Below the pieces are notes generated by a model that saw nothing but the letters and a program-made list of their open reading frames with translations, was not told the DNA's origin and searched no databases. Source: Lingula anatina (Eukaryota > Animalia > Brachiopoda). From it: 64,000 nt of DNA. This document shows, piece after piece, positions 12,401-26,555 of the stretch (within the stretch, counting starts at the first letter, position 1; each line of letters begins with the position of its first letter). The stretch covers positions 38,694,401 through 38,758,400 of the forward strand of contig CM120641.1 in assembly GCA_051362555.1 (NCBI GenBank), in the 5' to 3' direction. The position numbers were made by a program, and so were the translations under genes.

Positions 12401-13980
12401 AAAAAAAAAAATAGTGCACATTTTATTAAATCATCAAATATGAACAGGATGAACTAGATACACTCTACAGAAGTTGCAGCATTCTAATCATTCTGATAAT
12501 AATTATGAGGATTGCGACTTGTTTATATTATTGCAATGCACTGGTTTCCTTAAACAGTAAGTTGGTGCCTCTGACATGATAGCTACACTCTTTATCCTTC
12601 CATTACATCAATCATCAATCATATACGTGTCTAACTAGCTCTCCAATGACCAATAAATGCCAGTGTCTAAATTCCGTGTCGAGGTGCCAGGAAAAAAGAA
12701 ACAACCGTAGGCGTATTCAATTTTTGAAAATAGACAACAGTCTTCAGTGTAGGACGCTCATTTAACGATTAACAAACTGTAGCGTCGCCTTTTTTGTCCC
12801 CTTTCCTGGTCTTGGCGTTGACTGTGCTATGAAAATGAAGACAATCTTCTTCTGGCACGCGGCACCTGCCAAGTACCCTATCTATCTATTTGCTAATGTG
12901 GCATTAACGCAACTAACCGCGCAATGTACATGATATACCGGAATCACTAAGCCTATGGAGGAAAATTGTATTGTTCTTTCACCAGCTTACAGGCTTGCCA
13001 CGCCGTTAAAACCATCCTTTCCAGATAGTTTGGGAATGACAGAACAAATATGATAATAAAACAGAATAGATAATTTTGGTCACTTTGGTTAAAAAAGAAA
13101 AAAGTTGTTTTGTATTTCACACATTATTAGACTTTTCAGATACATACGAGTTCTACCGTCTATAAGCGTTTAAACTAAAACAACCTTTAGTGAACAGACG
13201 ACTAAAAAAGATGAAAATAAGGCATTATAGTAATATACTTCGTAATATAGATTGTAGAATTAGGCATATAACATACTTGGATTTCAAGAAACAAGGATAC
13301 ATTGCCTTGACGATGATACATGACGATGCAAGGGGATGCGTCGTCTTTTGGGTGTGCATGTTTCAACTTTGTGCGTGCGATGTGCCACATATCAACAGTA
13401 CCGTGAATAGTTAATTCAACAAAGGGTTATAATATTATGATCACTGCGCAATGAAGCTAAAGCGATCACGTCTGAGGTGCACTCACATATGTCACCATGA
13501 CAAAATGCGATGTCAACAGAACGCCGGAACCGGTTTTTATTGGTTGCTAAGTGTCCAATGTGTACGCGATTCAGAAACCCATCACATTGTGTCTAACAAT
13601 AATTGGCTGTTAATTTATTAATTTAGAGACGCCCTCGCCCATGCAATAGGCCTACTATTTTAAGATTGCTTTTCTTTACGACCCAATCAATGCCATCAGC
13701 TATTCTAGTCGCGCGCACACGTTGGTCACATTGGGAATTCCACGCCATCTCATTTCCCAGGTATATTAGAGGTAACATGATTGTTTGAGGGGTAGAATTA
13801 GAAGAACACCGACTTGTGGAGTCAAATAAGCCAAGCTGAGCACTTATAGTAGACAACCTAGCCGTTTTGATCAGCATAAAGGATTAACACATTTAGAAAA
13901 GGATTCCCTTTTATCTATAGGATATAATATACGTTTAAATATATATAGACAGAGAGACTGAGTAGTACTTAAAGAGCGGC

Positions 13981-16900
13981 ATGATGCTAGCAAAACTTTT
14001 AACGGGAGTATTACTATCGTGTCTTGCAACGCTGATATTGGGGATCCCAGTAACAGGTAAGTTTTCCAACCTTTCTGTTAAAACTGTTTCCTTATTTTCT
14101 TATTTTCTTTTTTTTTTCATAGGCGACAGAGAGTCAAACGCTAAGCACAATGTATGAGCATTAGTTCGTTTATTCATTGTTACAAAACTGCAGGCAGAGA
14201 GTACAAGAAATGCAAATGAAATCAAAATGTATAGAAGACAGCAAAACAAGTAATGCATACGTTATACTTACATACAGAAAGATTCCTTACATTTGAAGCA
14301 GGCAGAGTACTTACGGGGAGCACTTGAATTAACCAGGCTCAAAGGTTGGGGGGAGGGGAGGGGTTTTGGTAAAACTACCATTTAGTTTTGATCTAGATTC
14401 TATGTCTTTTTTCATGGAAGTAAAGAGTAGGCTAAAACCTGCCTGCTACAGGCCTGACCCTACCTTTCATGGAATTAGGAATGCGCACTTAATTTGACCG
14501 AAATGGTCCACTCTGAATCAAAATTTAGGAAAGATTGTATGCTATTTTTCAGAATACATGTAAGTCAACTAAGATGGCCAAAAGGTCCACATTTTAAGAA
14601 AAAAAACAGCTTCTTTAAAACTGATGGCTGCAGACCAAATTAAAAAAAGAAGGTTTATATCAAGCATGATACATTTTATTCAAATGGTATTGACATACCC
14701 AGTTTTTTATATATTATATTTTATTATATATTATATATAAGTACATTTGTGTATCTCTCAACTTGTTGCAGTCGTATATGTAAGCTGTTAATCTCTTAGA
14801 AAAAGTAACAGCTGCTAGGTGTACTGTCATATATTCCTACATTGTAATAAAATATTACATGTGAAAAAATTACAGTTAAACGTTGGCTGTATTTTATATA
14901 TCTATATTCAAAATGTTTAAACAAGATATTTGTTAGACACCCAACAAAAATATGAAGGGATAATTAATGCAAAAATCATGGACATGTCACGGGTCACTCC
15001 ACTTTCCTCAATTTAACAAGGAAACCCACTCAGCTTTGTCTCTTTGAGATAGTGTGAATACTTTGAAGCCGGGTTTTTATTCTGAATTTACATTGGTTTG
15101 GAATAATGATAGTCTGACTGAAACTGAAGTAAGTGTTGTATATACGCCGTGCGGTTCCCGCTCTCTCGGCGTAACTCCCTTTCTGTTTCTCTCTTGTAAA
15201 AAGAAATTGATTTATGACATGAACATATAACATACAACTATCGGAACGACGGTTTTCGTGCAACTTTGATTAACCTTTATTAGGCCTGCTGCAGTAAAGC
15301 TAGCCAATTAATGAAACACAGACCCTACTTCAAACCATGTCCTTATTTCACATCAGGATCCACATAAACACTAGATTGCAAAGTATAATTGGCATAATTG
15401 TCAATTACAGTTTCAGCACCAAATTGAAGTATGCTTAAGAAAACCTTGTCAACCACACACCATACCCATATGGTATTGTTTCTTTTCATTTGCTTAACCG
15501 CTAAAGAAACAAGAGGGGGTATAATTCTATTAGTCATACGTTTATTCATGATATACTCCTTTTTGGAGATATTTTTTGTCGGTAGCATGATGCAATGCCC
15601 ATGGATCATACTGCCTGCTATAATAGTTAAAATCAGCCTGACGGTTCTACTATTCACGATGGATAAGGGGGGGGGGGGGGGGCAGAAAAAAGAACAGAAC
15701 TTGACATGGATGAAGTAAATCGTTTAATTACAACAATACCAACCGCAATCTGAATGCTAGGTAAAATACTCATCAGCCTTTCCTGACGCGAGTACTCTCT
15801 CAACCTTGAGTGAAAATTAACTAGAGTGATTGAAAGCGGTGACCAAAGAACAAAATCGGATCACAGGAAAAAAAGTCAAATGATTCTTTCCGAGCCCATT
15901 ATTAAGGAGGTTTTGCTGCTACGCCGTGGGAAATAACTTAGAATGCAATATGGAGTGGGGACACTCTTAAGACCAAAAGCATGTTTTAAAGGTCTTTTTT
16001 TGTTTCCGAACTGGGGATGCTGGGTTGTGAGATATGTAAAGGTTGACACAGTGAAGATCTTTATGAAATTAGCGGCAGTGGCATCTACACATTCAGTTCA
16101 AAGTTCCAACATTTAGCAATAAAAAAACAAAACAAAGTGCTACGCTGCCTTTGCCAGAGACCATGGCTTCTAAACAAAACAAAAGATAATTACAATCAAT
16201 CGATCTTTGGGATGATGCCAAGTAGTTAAAAAAAGAACGCTATCAACGTTGGAACATAACGTCACACGCGTTCACAAAAATACACTCATTAAATGGTTGG
16301 TTCTGCCACACAAGCAAATGAAGCGACTAATATTGCTAGAAAAATTCATTTAAAGAATTGTGTAGGTTATTGATGTCGACAAAAAGTTTCCAGACTACAA
16401 AAACAACGTCATTAGGATTATTTCAACGTTTCTGTCGAAAGCTGATAGAATGCTCGTGTAGTATAGCATTTATATATAAAGGAAAAAATATTGGTAATCA
16501 AATCATTTTCTTCGTTGTTTAAAACTGTTTTTATGTAGAAAAATGGTCTGAAAAATAAAATCAGAGAGTGGGCCGTGTATCTAACGTATATTGTCAGATA
16601 AATATATTGAATCCTAACGCGAAGTTCACGTGCTTTTCTCCGAGTTCTTGGTATACACTGTGTTTAAATAAAGAACTCTTTGGGGGCACTTGGTATACTA
16701 CAAAGAACTGTCACGCTCTTACGACCGGTATATTACTGTTTTCTTTACAAGGAAAGCTCAAATTGAAGTGTCATAATATTAAAACCAGTAGTGGGTGGAA
16801 ATTCATTTACGAAAATTCACCAAACGTCCTTCACTTACAAATATTCTTGACTGAAAAGTTGCCTCTTCAATAAAACCTACTCGTCTTTATTGATTAAGAA

Positions 16901-18124
16901 TTATTACACTAAAATAAAACAACGTTTCACCTTCGTGAAAACATAAACTGCGTGGATAGCCATACGTAGTTTGTTTAAAACACGAATACTAGTCTTTATC
17001 GCTGCCCACGTGGTCGATTTTTCACAACAGATACCACGATTAGCGGTCATATATAATTTTGCACGTAAAATCCGTCTCTTAATAGATCGCAGCTTATTGT
17101 TGTAGCTTTCATAATAGCTATAAGTGCCATAATTATGAAATTAATAATTCAACGCGCATATTTCTTGAATGCCAAGCAATGTATCTTGCGGAATGACAGT
17201 GAAAGTGAAGAATGAATAGTTCGTGAATGCTGCAGAGATCCAAAAGGAATTTCACATTGTCTTATTGTAATCACACATCCCACCCCCTTGTTTCGGCCCT
17301 TCTAACACAACATTGACTTACAATTTCCCCAATTATTTTGTCATTGTCTCTCACGAATTAGAAATCTTCGCTATAACGAACAGGATGTCCCCCGAGGTTG
17401 TGGTCTTACTGCAATCTCAATTTAATGTTTTCTCTAATTGCTCTTGAAACATTGTCCGTGGATCAACACCATTCAATTATGTAAATTAGTCCGAATCCCC
17501 AGTGTGAAACGTAATTTGGATTAAATTAATTGAGGCGTATTACTTGATTGCACCAACATTACCGGGACAGAGACGTTTCCATTGTAACAAGTAAGTGGCT
17601 CAATAAATTGGTAGCGTTAGATTGCAGCTACAATATCTTCATGAAGACAGTCCGACTGATGAATACCTTACTACCAGTTATTGTCTTGGGGTATCCATAT
17701 TTTTAACTAGTGTCTTTACTTGATGTTTGTTAGGCGGCCTTGAGGGCAATGGTCGGAACTTGGTCTTTCAGCCGAAGAAATGGTGTTTTCTGTCTTGGGT
17801 GATTAAACGTAAAAATGAAAGACTAACTTTTTTATCAGTTTCCGAATTGAGGATATTACTAAAATGAAGCGAAAGGGTCTTCTGTATGGCGTCTGAATAC
17901 CCATTCAAAGTCTTTGGTGCACAACATCAATAAGTGAATTCACCACGCTACCTACATATTATGATAGAAAGTTATACAACAAATGATGGGTACAATGGGA
18001 CAAATACTATCAGGCCCAGTACTGTATGCAGATAACAATATGATCGACTAGAATGTTGCCACTAATTGGATCTGTGGGACCTGATTTATCGACGCATGAA
18101 TATGCCCCTCCTTACCCGTCAGTA

Positions 18125-18193
<69 letters not shown>

Positions 18194-21114
18194 ACATTTA
18201 ATATGGAATATTTTTTCCAAATCATTTTTCTTTGATTTTTTCCCTACTTTTCCGACTTATAAATGAAAACACGGGTTTAAATCTTGTTTTAATTTAACTT
18301 TAAATAATCTATGCAGTGTAATTGTGACATCAGCTCTTATATTGAATTCACCTAACTAAGCAAACAAAAATACATGGCTGTTTGTAAGTTGTACAACAAC
18401 CATTTCAAGCGTTATTTCAATTTCCATATTTTCAAAATTGTCATCTATTAAAGAGTTATACGCTTCACAAGGGACGCTTATAGATATCAGTGTCTAGTCA
18501 CAGCAATGGTCAATCGTGCGTCTGGCCTCATCTGGCTGCTACTAGGGCCCTAAAGTGGCAGGGTATTGCTTCTGACAGATTTGTTGGAGTTAGGACTGGA
18601 ATAATATTCCAGGAATCAGTCGGTTTGTTGTAAGACCAGTGGACCGATAATTCGGCGAGTGATTGTCTCTAGGCTTCAAATCTGGCGATCTTGATGGCCG
18701 CAGTAGCTGCTCAGTTCCTTGGTTCTGCAAGTAATCTTTAAATACAGGTGCTCTGCGTGGGTAGTTTTTTTATTTTGTTAAGTAGATTTGTTCCTGAGGT
18801 GCACTCTAAAAAATAGTTCAAAGGGGGTTGTTTTCTAGAATATTTGTCTATTTGTTCTGGTTCAGGTTACTATCGATGGCTACCAATGAGGTTGGTTTGG
18901 GCACCAACGTGAATTCCACCCCAAATACAGATGCTCCCACCGCCCCAAGTCGCTCTAGAAGCGACACAAGCTTAGGGACCGTTCACATGGAAAGTCTATT
19001 TTCTAAAATCTATTTTCTATTCGCGGTATCTTGTGATCACGGTCTGTGCCCTGAATATCCCGCGGCGTAATTACTGGCAACGCGAGCCAGTTACTTCCGT
19101 GATCACAAGATACCGCGAATAGAAAATAGATTTTTAGAAAATAGACTTTCCATGTGAACGGTCCCTTAGTCGCAGGCCTCTTCGGAATATTTGTGAACTC
19201 AAATTGGACCAATGTTGCAGCTCAGATAAAATCTGACCTCATAAGTGAAACCATATATTTCCATTATTATGCCCAGAAAAGTTAACGGTTCCCAACTCAT
19301 TGCAGAAATAGACGGCGATGTTGTGCTGCCCACAGAAGGTCCGCCTGGTATAATAACCTGCTTAAACCAGTCTGCAGCTTACGATGGGCCTTAAAAAAAA
19401 CCTTTTGGTGACAATTTGACCCTCATTCTGACCGGAATTGGGTGTCTTTGTTAATTTGTATCAGCGAAACCGAAAGAACAATGGTTCCTGTTTCCCTGTG
19501 GTTAGTTCTGGATGTCTTGGGCATGGCCTCTGTGTAGTCTGGGCATATCTCTGTAAGACTGTGCGGAGCGTTCTTAGCGACACAATAATCTGTCTGGCAA
19601 TGTTTATCTGTTTTGCGCCATTTTGGCGCATATCAACAGTGCTGTGACAATGCAACAATGCTTCTCTCAGTTTACGCACCGTAACATCAGCTATAAGTAT
19701 TCAAAATTTCAAAATCATCTGTGCAGCCTTTGTCGAAATATTGAAACTTTTTCGACTGACCATGCTCTGCCTTAGCCTAGTCCAAAGAGTGCCTCCCAAA
19801 GAAATCACCAGACATTACGTAATGCAGCAGTGCTTCAGACAAGACAGTCAGTTAATTGTTACTGACACACCTGACTACACATTAATCTATTCTCATAATC
19901 CACATGCATGGGTGTACGTTTTAGAAATAACACATTTTAATCTTGAAATACCATTGAAATCATAATATTCTATATAAAATGTCAAGTCTGTGTATGCCTT
20001 GATTTATTCAGAGATTAATCTGAAAAAATGCCTCCAACTCAGTATACCTGAGTAATGCCAATAATGGCTGGTTTCACTGTTAGTAACAGTTTTTAATGAT
20101 TCGTCGGTTGTTCAAATAATCTTCACAAATACCATCTTGAAGATATCGTCTTACATATCGTCATACATACAGTATAGATTTCGAGTGTCAGTTTCTTCAT
20201 TTCCTTTAGTAATGTACTTAAGCGGCGACAGTGAGCAAATTAAACCATTTAACTTGGTAACCACACAACGACTAAGCACAGGCGAAATAATGCGATTTAA
20301 TTGGATAAGTTTGGTACACCTCGTAAGAACGGCATTCCGAGAAATAACATGTTGAGGTACGACCATAGCATTCAAAAGAACTGAAACCAAAGATGATAAA
20401 ATGCACGCAAATATCTGGTTGCTATTTTGTGGCATTTATTGAATAATACCGCCCGCTTATTAAACCGTTGGAACAATATACTTCATTGTTAAGTGCAAAA
20501 GATATGATTTGTATAGCTGAAGTTGGCTCTAAAACAGGTGTTTGCGTTGGGGATGACAAAACTGAGGTACCCCTTGGCCATAATTCAAGAGTAGTACCGG
20601 TGTAACAGGAATGAAAGTCCGCTAGGAACCGTAGTCCGCTTCCCGTTACTTTGTACAGGTGACATTCGTCCCATATACTAATCCCAATGTTCCAACTAAC
20701 CCTAACCTGGACTTATCATATGGGAGCCCGGACTTCCATTCCTAGGACTTTCATTCCTGATACACCGGACAGTAAAAAATGTGTTAGCCATTATTCGGGT
20801 AAAAAAGAATATTCAAATTAGAATTGTTGGTGATATCAAGGTATTGGTTGAAAAAGAAATCAAATCCTGAAAAATCGACAGTTTTGAGACAAACATTACA
20901 AGTAACATCATATATTAATCAAAAGAAAACCGTGTGTCCTTTCACGTCAGTTGGCTACATCCGCTCAAGGTATCGCCAGTACATCCTCCCTTTCTTACTC
21001 TTTTCTCTCGCATTTTACGCCCGTGTGCCCTCCAACAAAAATAACAACCTTGTTTTGTCAAGAAGGGCACCGGGGAGCAATGAGAATGTGGAGGAGGAAT
21101 AATTTGCTGAATAA

Positions 21115-21146
<32 letters not shown>

Positions 21147-22279
21147 AGGCCCGTAGCTAGCAATTTCAAAAGGGGGGTTCTTTTTCTTAAAAAGTGGACC
21201 TTTCTTTTACCATATAACCTTCGTGTACCTAGATAAAATTTTACCCAGAGGGGACCTTTTCCCGGTAAAGGGGGTTCTTTCGACACCCCCCTCCCCCCGG
21301 CTACGGTCCTGACCGATATGTTGCACAGAAATGCAGCATCCACCCTTAAATGTTTGTTGATGGTTAAATGTGTAGGTGCCATGCCGGATCTTATGTAAAT
21401 AGCTTATATGTGATATATAAATATTTCAATAATTGTGGTTTCGGAATTTTTCTTATGTTTTTATTCCAAGTTTTCGCTTTAATATGCACAAGAAAAGTTG
21501 CTCTCAACGGGTTTCTTAAATGATGAAATTCTAAATTCCTCCATGTTCTTATCTAATAGTTATTGCAGTAATACCATATTGTAAACTTAATCCACCACCC
21601 CCACTACGCCATAGAAGGTTTTATCGATAGAAAGCTGGCTAACGTTCCTTTAAGGTCTCATATCTTCGCTAATTATTTGTCTTATACAGACTGGCTAAAA
21701 CGTTTATTTATAAATACATGACGTTCGTGGACGCCTTGATACATTTATATCTATTGAAATTTTATTGGGTTTTAACTTGAAGTACGTTAATCTGTTTTTT
21801 ACCTATTGATAAAAGATATGGCGAAATCAACCGCAAAGCAATGACGGATTTGTTAAAATGCCATGAAAGTCAATTGGTTGAAAATTGCTGTCATAAGTAT
21901 TTAATAAGGAATAAGTATTTTCTGTCTTATAAGCTCTATAAAAATTATCCAAACGGGTTTGAAAGTGTTACATTTGTTGCTGCAGTGCATTAACGCTCTA
22001 ACGTCACTCCTTGTGTAAGAGAGTAGCCTGACTAATATCTTGTTTTAAATTTCAGATGAAGACAGCGAATACCGATACCAACAAAGAATGTCACCCTATA
22101 GGCTTCTCCAAGTGATCGCCGACAGACTCAATTATTTAGAAAAACTGGGCCAACGCCATTGGCCACGGTTAGAAAAACCAGAAGGTTTATACAACAGCTT
22201 TTCGAAAAGAGGCGCTTGCATTTCTAATTGTGTAGGCTCAGCTGGTTTAACCCACGCTCAGTGCCGTGATTTGTGTTAG
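13981..22279 (+). CDS. Secreted prepropeptide (99 aa) yielding a CxxxC-x10-CxxxC hairpin peptide; candidate neuropeptide / framework-XIV conotoxin-like
   Basis: Exon 13981-14056 encodes the signal peptide MMLAKLLTGVLLSCLATLILG-IPVT and ends at a phase-1 donor AG|GTAAGT. Exon 22056-22279 follows the acceptor ttttaaatttcag and continues in the same phase: DEDSEYRYQQRMSPYRLLQVIADRLNYLEKLGQRHWPRLEKPEGLYNSFS-KR-GACISNCVGSAGLTHAQCRDLC*. Signal peptide, spacer, dibasic site and C-terminal 4-Cys peptide form a classic prohormone layout. Extra symmetric exons inside the 8-kb intron cannot be excluded. Confidence 0.8.
18126..18190. repeat. Compound (TA)n(CA)n microsatellite
   Basis: TA run followed directly by a CA run. 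Confidence 0.95.
18975..19165. mobile_element. PIF/Harbinger-like palindromic MITE, family B copy 1 (internally deleted)
   Basis: ~65-bp near-perfect TIRs starting GGGACCGTTCACATGGAAAGTCTATTTTCTA, with a TTA/TTA target duplication. Same family as 41684-41940. Confidence 0.9.
20597..20768. mobile_element. MITE with ~24-bp TIRs and an internal TAACCCTAACC motif
   Basis: CCGGTGTAACAGGAATGAAAGTCC ... GGACTTTCATTCCTGATACACCGG, plus subterminal AGTCC/GGACT repeats. Confidence 0.8.
21146..21311. mobile_element. MITE with CAGG...CCTG termini (family C)
   Basis: TIRs CAGGCCCGTAGC / GCTACGGTCCTG with GGGGGTTC subterminal motifs. Preceded by a ~30-nt poly(A). Confidence 0.7.
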
Positions 22280-25200
22280 AAGGTACGTCACCAGCATGAG
22301 AATTTATGGGAAGGGAATATAAAGGTGTTTTTTTAACGCTGACACTTGCAAAACAAAAGTTCTATTAGAGAAAAGCGCTGACCGCCGATAATGGGATCAA
22401 AAGGTTAAGCGACCATACATGGAAATGCCATTCTTTAAAATTTGTCTTTTTTTCTGTTTTGTGGGTAAAATAAGGTGAATCAGGCGGAATGATAGAATAT
22501 CCGAGAATATCTTATTGTGGGTCTCATGACCACAACCTTTTAAAGGAATGAACAAACATATTTAAAATAATGCAGCAACATATTTAGTTCTCTCTGTAAA
22601 TTCAAATTCAAATTCCAATGTCCAATGTTTTGATTTAATTATTTCTTCACATTCTTTTAGTGCACTGATAATGCCCTATCTCATATTAAAAGACGGGGTG
22701 AAGCAGTGAAGCAGAGAAATCTTTCTGCCGATCATAAAGGAAATTAATAATAGAAAATAATAATTACACGCTGGAACAACTAGTAGGGTTAATCATTTCT
22801 TGCGCCTAACTATCCGTTAATCTCCCTTCCCTTGTCATCGATCCACAGTGAATGGATCGATTTATTTTTGTTGTCACTACACCAACAATCATCTAGTGCT
22901 TTTTACTTCACCACCAAATGTTTCATAGAATCATATTTTTGGGCCCATCTCCTTGGTCTCGCTTATTTTGAAGGTATTACACGTAAACAGTCGCACAGAA
23001 AAAAGGTGAATGGAGAAACCTACACGTTCGTGTGCATTAGATAAATTATCCACATATTGTTGTCAACTTGACCATGGAAATACACATTCTTGATTTACAT
23101 ACCAATAACAAGAAACAGGTTGTGATGAGCAAATACCTAGATTTTGTGGAGAACAAAGTAATAAAGTCGGTCATTGGGGATGTCCAGCGGGGCTCGTCGT
23201 AAATCTGAAGTCCACCGGGAAATATACTTAATCCAGTTATGGCGGCAAATAGCCATAATTTATAGTCCCATTTGATACAGAGGACTATACGAAGCTTGGC
23301 CTTCTACGCGTATATTTCCACTAGGGATTGGTCAGATGTTTATTACAACATGAGATTATGTGATACGGTGTAATAATATATCTTTTTCTAAACATATAGA
23401 GTTGGAGCACGTATAAAGATATGGCACTATTGAACTAAAGAAATACAAGTTGTCCTATAGCAATTTTATTTGCTACTTACTGTTATAATATGCCATGCGT
23501 GCAGTATTCCAAAGTGGGGGGTTTATTGTGACGCAGTCCATCAGGGTGTTACCATTCTCCGCTCGAATGGAATGAAAACACGAACTTAATAAGACACAAA
23601 GGAATTCCCATTGTTTCTGAAAGCAATCCTTTAGTTGTATCCAAGTTAGTAAACAGCGTCGAAACTAGGTATGCGAAAATCCATCTACAAATTAAGAAGA
23701 AGGATGGAAGAGTTATGTGCGGAGATTGGAACAGGATGACAATCGGCATCGAGTTCAATAAAAATTTCAACAATCGAAACGTTTCCTAAGTTTCCTGTTC
23801 CGATGCATTCATTGAACCGCAATGTTCCAGTGGGGACGCAGATACATGTTACATGTTACATGTCAAGGCTATCGCCTTTATATTGATTAATTTACCAACA
23901 GTAGTAAACTACTTGCTTTTTTGATTTCCTCTTAATAAGAAGTTTCTAAGGTAGTGCGCTTTATTTTTCGTCTTGGAAGGAGTGTAGCATATAGATTAAA
24001 ACTAATTCAATGTAACATCATAATTAGTGTTTGAATTATCAAATGTTTTCCGTTAAAATACTTGATGAAATTTATAAAGTTACACGCGTCTACGATACTT
24101 CAGAGGCGTAATATTCAGTTTCTTCATCAAAAAACAACTTCTGATATAAATACGTGTTCCCCTGCTCTAGGGACAAATTATATGTATAGAAAGGAAAAGG
24201 CAACTAAATCTGCTTGAAGGCATTTCATGAATATTGAATAATGTTGTTTTCACACGTGAAACTAAAAACATACATTGACATTGGTTGAATGATGCGAAGC
24301 GACACTGGGACTTGTGTAATGAAGCTTTCCCTAGGCTATAAATTCTCGTTACGGTCTTCTTTGTTAAATGTAAGTTTGAAATGATCAGGCAAATTAAGAG
24401 GACGCAACTGAAAACGCCATTTTTTAATGTGATGACTTGGTGGAACGGGACCATTCTTAAAACCTCGAGCGAATCAGTTTGTGCAGCGAACTTTCATTGC
24501 AATTTTTAATACATATAGCATTAATGTTAGTTCTTCTTTCTTTCACATTTGAATTAAAATTTTTCGTTAATGCTTAATACTCCTATATAGTATTCAATGT
24601 CATAAAATACGTCTTTATCATATTTAGAGAAAGTTCCTACATATTATTTTTCATATCTCTCTTCAGGTATCAACCAAACTCCTACTCCGCCCAAGTATTG
24701 AGAAAAACCTATGCACAGCAAGTTCAGCCACGTCGTAGTGCGGCAACGCTAGCAACCAAAGTTATCACGACCTTGCTTCATTTCCTGACCAACAATTTCA
24801 AACACTGCAAATACATATCAATATCCGGTAAAGACATGGGCACAAAGTTGGATATTTTAACGCTCGGTTAAGACCACTTTTGTTCTGGAAAGACCTATCA
24901 CTGGGTAAAATGACCAGATGGCTTAAATGTTCTTGCGCCTGCACAAACAATTCGAGTTTTAGATTCAACAACTTGAGTAAATTATTTATATACAGCTGAG
25001 ATGTATACTTTCTGTGGAGGTGTTGATTGTATCCAAAGATTAAAGATATTTTGGGCAGATTTCATCTGTATTTATTGATTTTATTATTCCATATGAAGTA
25101 CAAAGCTTGATCCGAGAATCGTGAGACTTGGGAATAAAAGACAAGTGTCGTCGGTAAAGTACATTTTAGGAAACTCACTGCGCACGATGCCATTTGAGCG

Positions 25201-26389
25201 TGACTTCCATGCACTGGTAATGTTAACCACACGCAATTGGCAACATGTACAGTAGGTAGAATTAAAAAGAAAAGATTGTGAAAAATAAATTACATCTTTC
25301 ACCATCGCACTTGTAAGGAAAATGTGTGGAATAACTGTTAAGAAATTGTGTACTAAAACAGTTTAAGACTGCGTTAACGACAATTTTTCCCTTGAATATC
25401 ATTGTCAAGTTCACACTTCTTGTGGATGATGGATATGTCCGACAGGGCGAACCACTGATTAATTTTATCCAAACACGCGCTTTCTACATCAATTTTTAGA
25501 ATTCGACTTTACCGAACAAAATACCTTGCTGACTCTCGCCATTAAGAATCCCGTGTATCATTACGTCCAAAACCAGTATATATTTTTAACAAGTAATGCA
25601 GTTTAAATGTTAAAGACATTGTAAACGTATATGTAGGTCCCTTTATGCTAATTAATCAAAATAATTGCACTAATTAGATCCAAGAGGTCACTGTCTTTAC
25701 CCTAATGTCTAGGTTGAGACCAGACATTGACAATTTACCGAGCAATAACCAAAGTACAATGTCATTAAAAACATAATTTGGTTGATTACATTTCTATTCG
25801 TGTAATTGGTGCTTCTGTGCAACCTGCGAAAATTTAAAAGGACCTTCGACATAGGTGTGTCTAAAACATTGAATTATCTGTTTGGATGATTAAACGTTAA
25901 AAAATTCATAGGGTGATTCTAAGACAAAAACATGTTTTTACATCACGACTTGCTCGTGCGGAACTTAATAATCCCACGTAATTAATGCTGGGCAGATATG
26001 TACCACATGGTTGATGTATTGAAATATAGCGCAGCGTGACGCACGTATTCAACAAAGTGGCCAAGTATAAGCCTATTCCTTTGGCGCTTATTTCAAGTCG
26101 TGTGTTTGACCAGTGAGACCTATCAAAGACCTTCTGTCAAATTAACTTAAATGGAACACGGGCGTAAATGATTAGTATTAAAGGAATATCGCTTCGTGAA
26201 ATAGTCATGAAGACATGGAATGCAATCATAAAATGCCAAAATAAAAGTGCAAAATGCAAAGATTTATCCCAGTTTGAACTGTGATTTTTCGGAAGAGATA
26301 TTTATTGGGTTTCCACACATGTGAATACTCATTTCTGTAGTTTTTATCATAATTATACCCCTTCCAATGCTCTATCTTGGTACAGTAAT

Positions 26390-26555
26390 CAGGCCCATAG
26401 CAAGGAGGGTTCGGAAGTTCGAACGAACCACCATTTTTGCCGGCAAAAGATCCGCTCTGGGTAAAATTTGGTAAAGTTACAAGAAGGTTTCATGGTTATA
26501 GGTCTACTGTTTTTCAGAAAAGGGGCCCCATTTAAAATTGCTCACTACGGGTCTG
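26390..26555. mobile_element. MITE with CAGG termini (family C-like), 5-bp target duplication
   Basis: CAGGCCCATAG ... CTACGGGTCTG, flanked on both sides by GTAAT. Confidence 0.7.

Noticed and set aside
20942-21382. 146-aa minus-strand ORF
   Set aside because: It runs through a MITE and a poly(A) tract, with no recognisable protein features.
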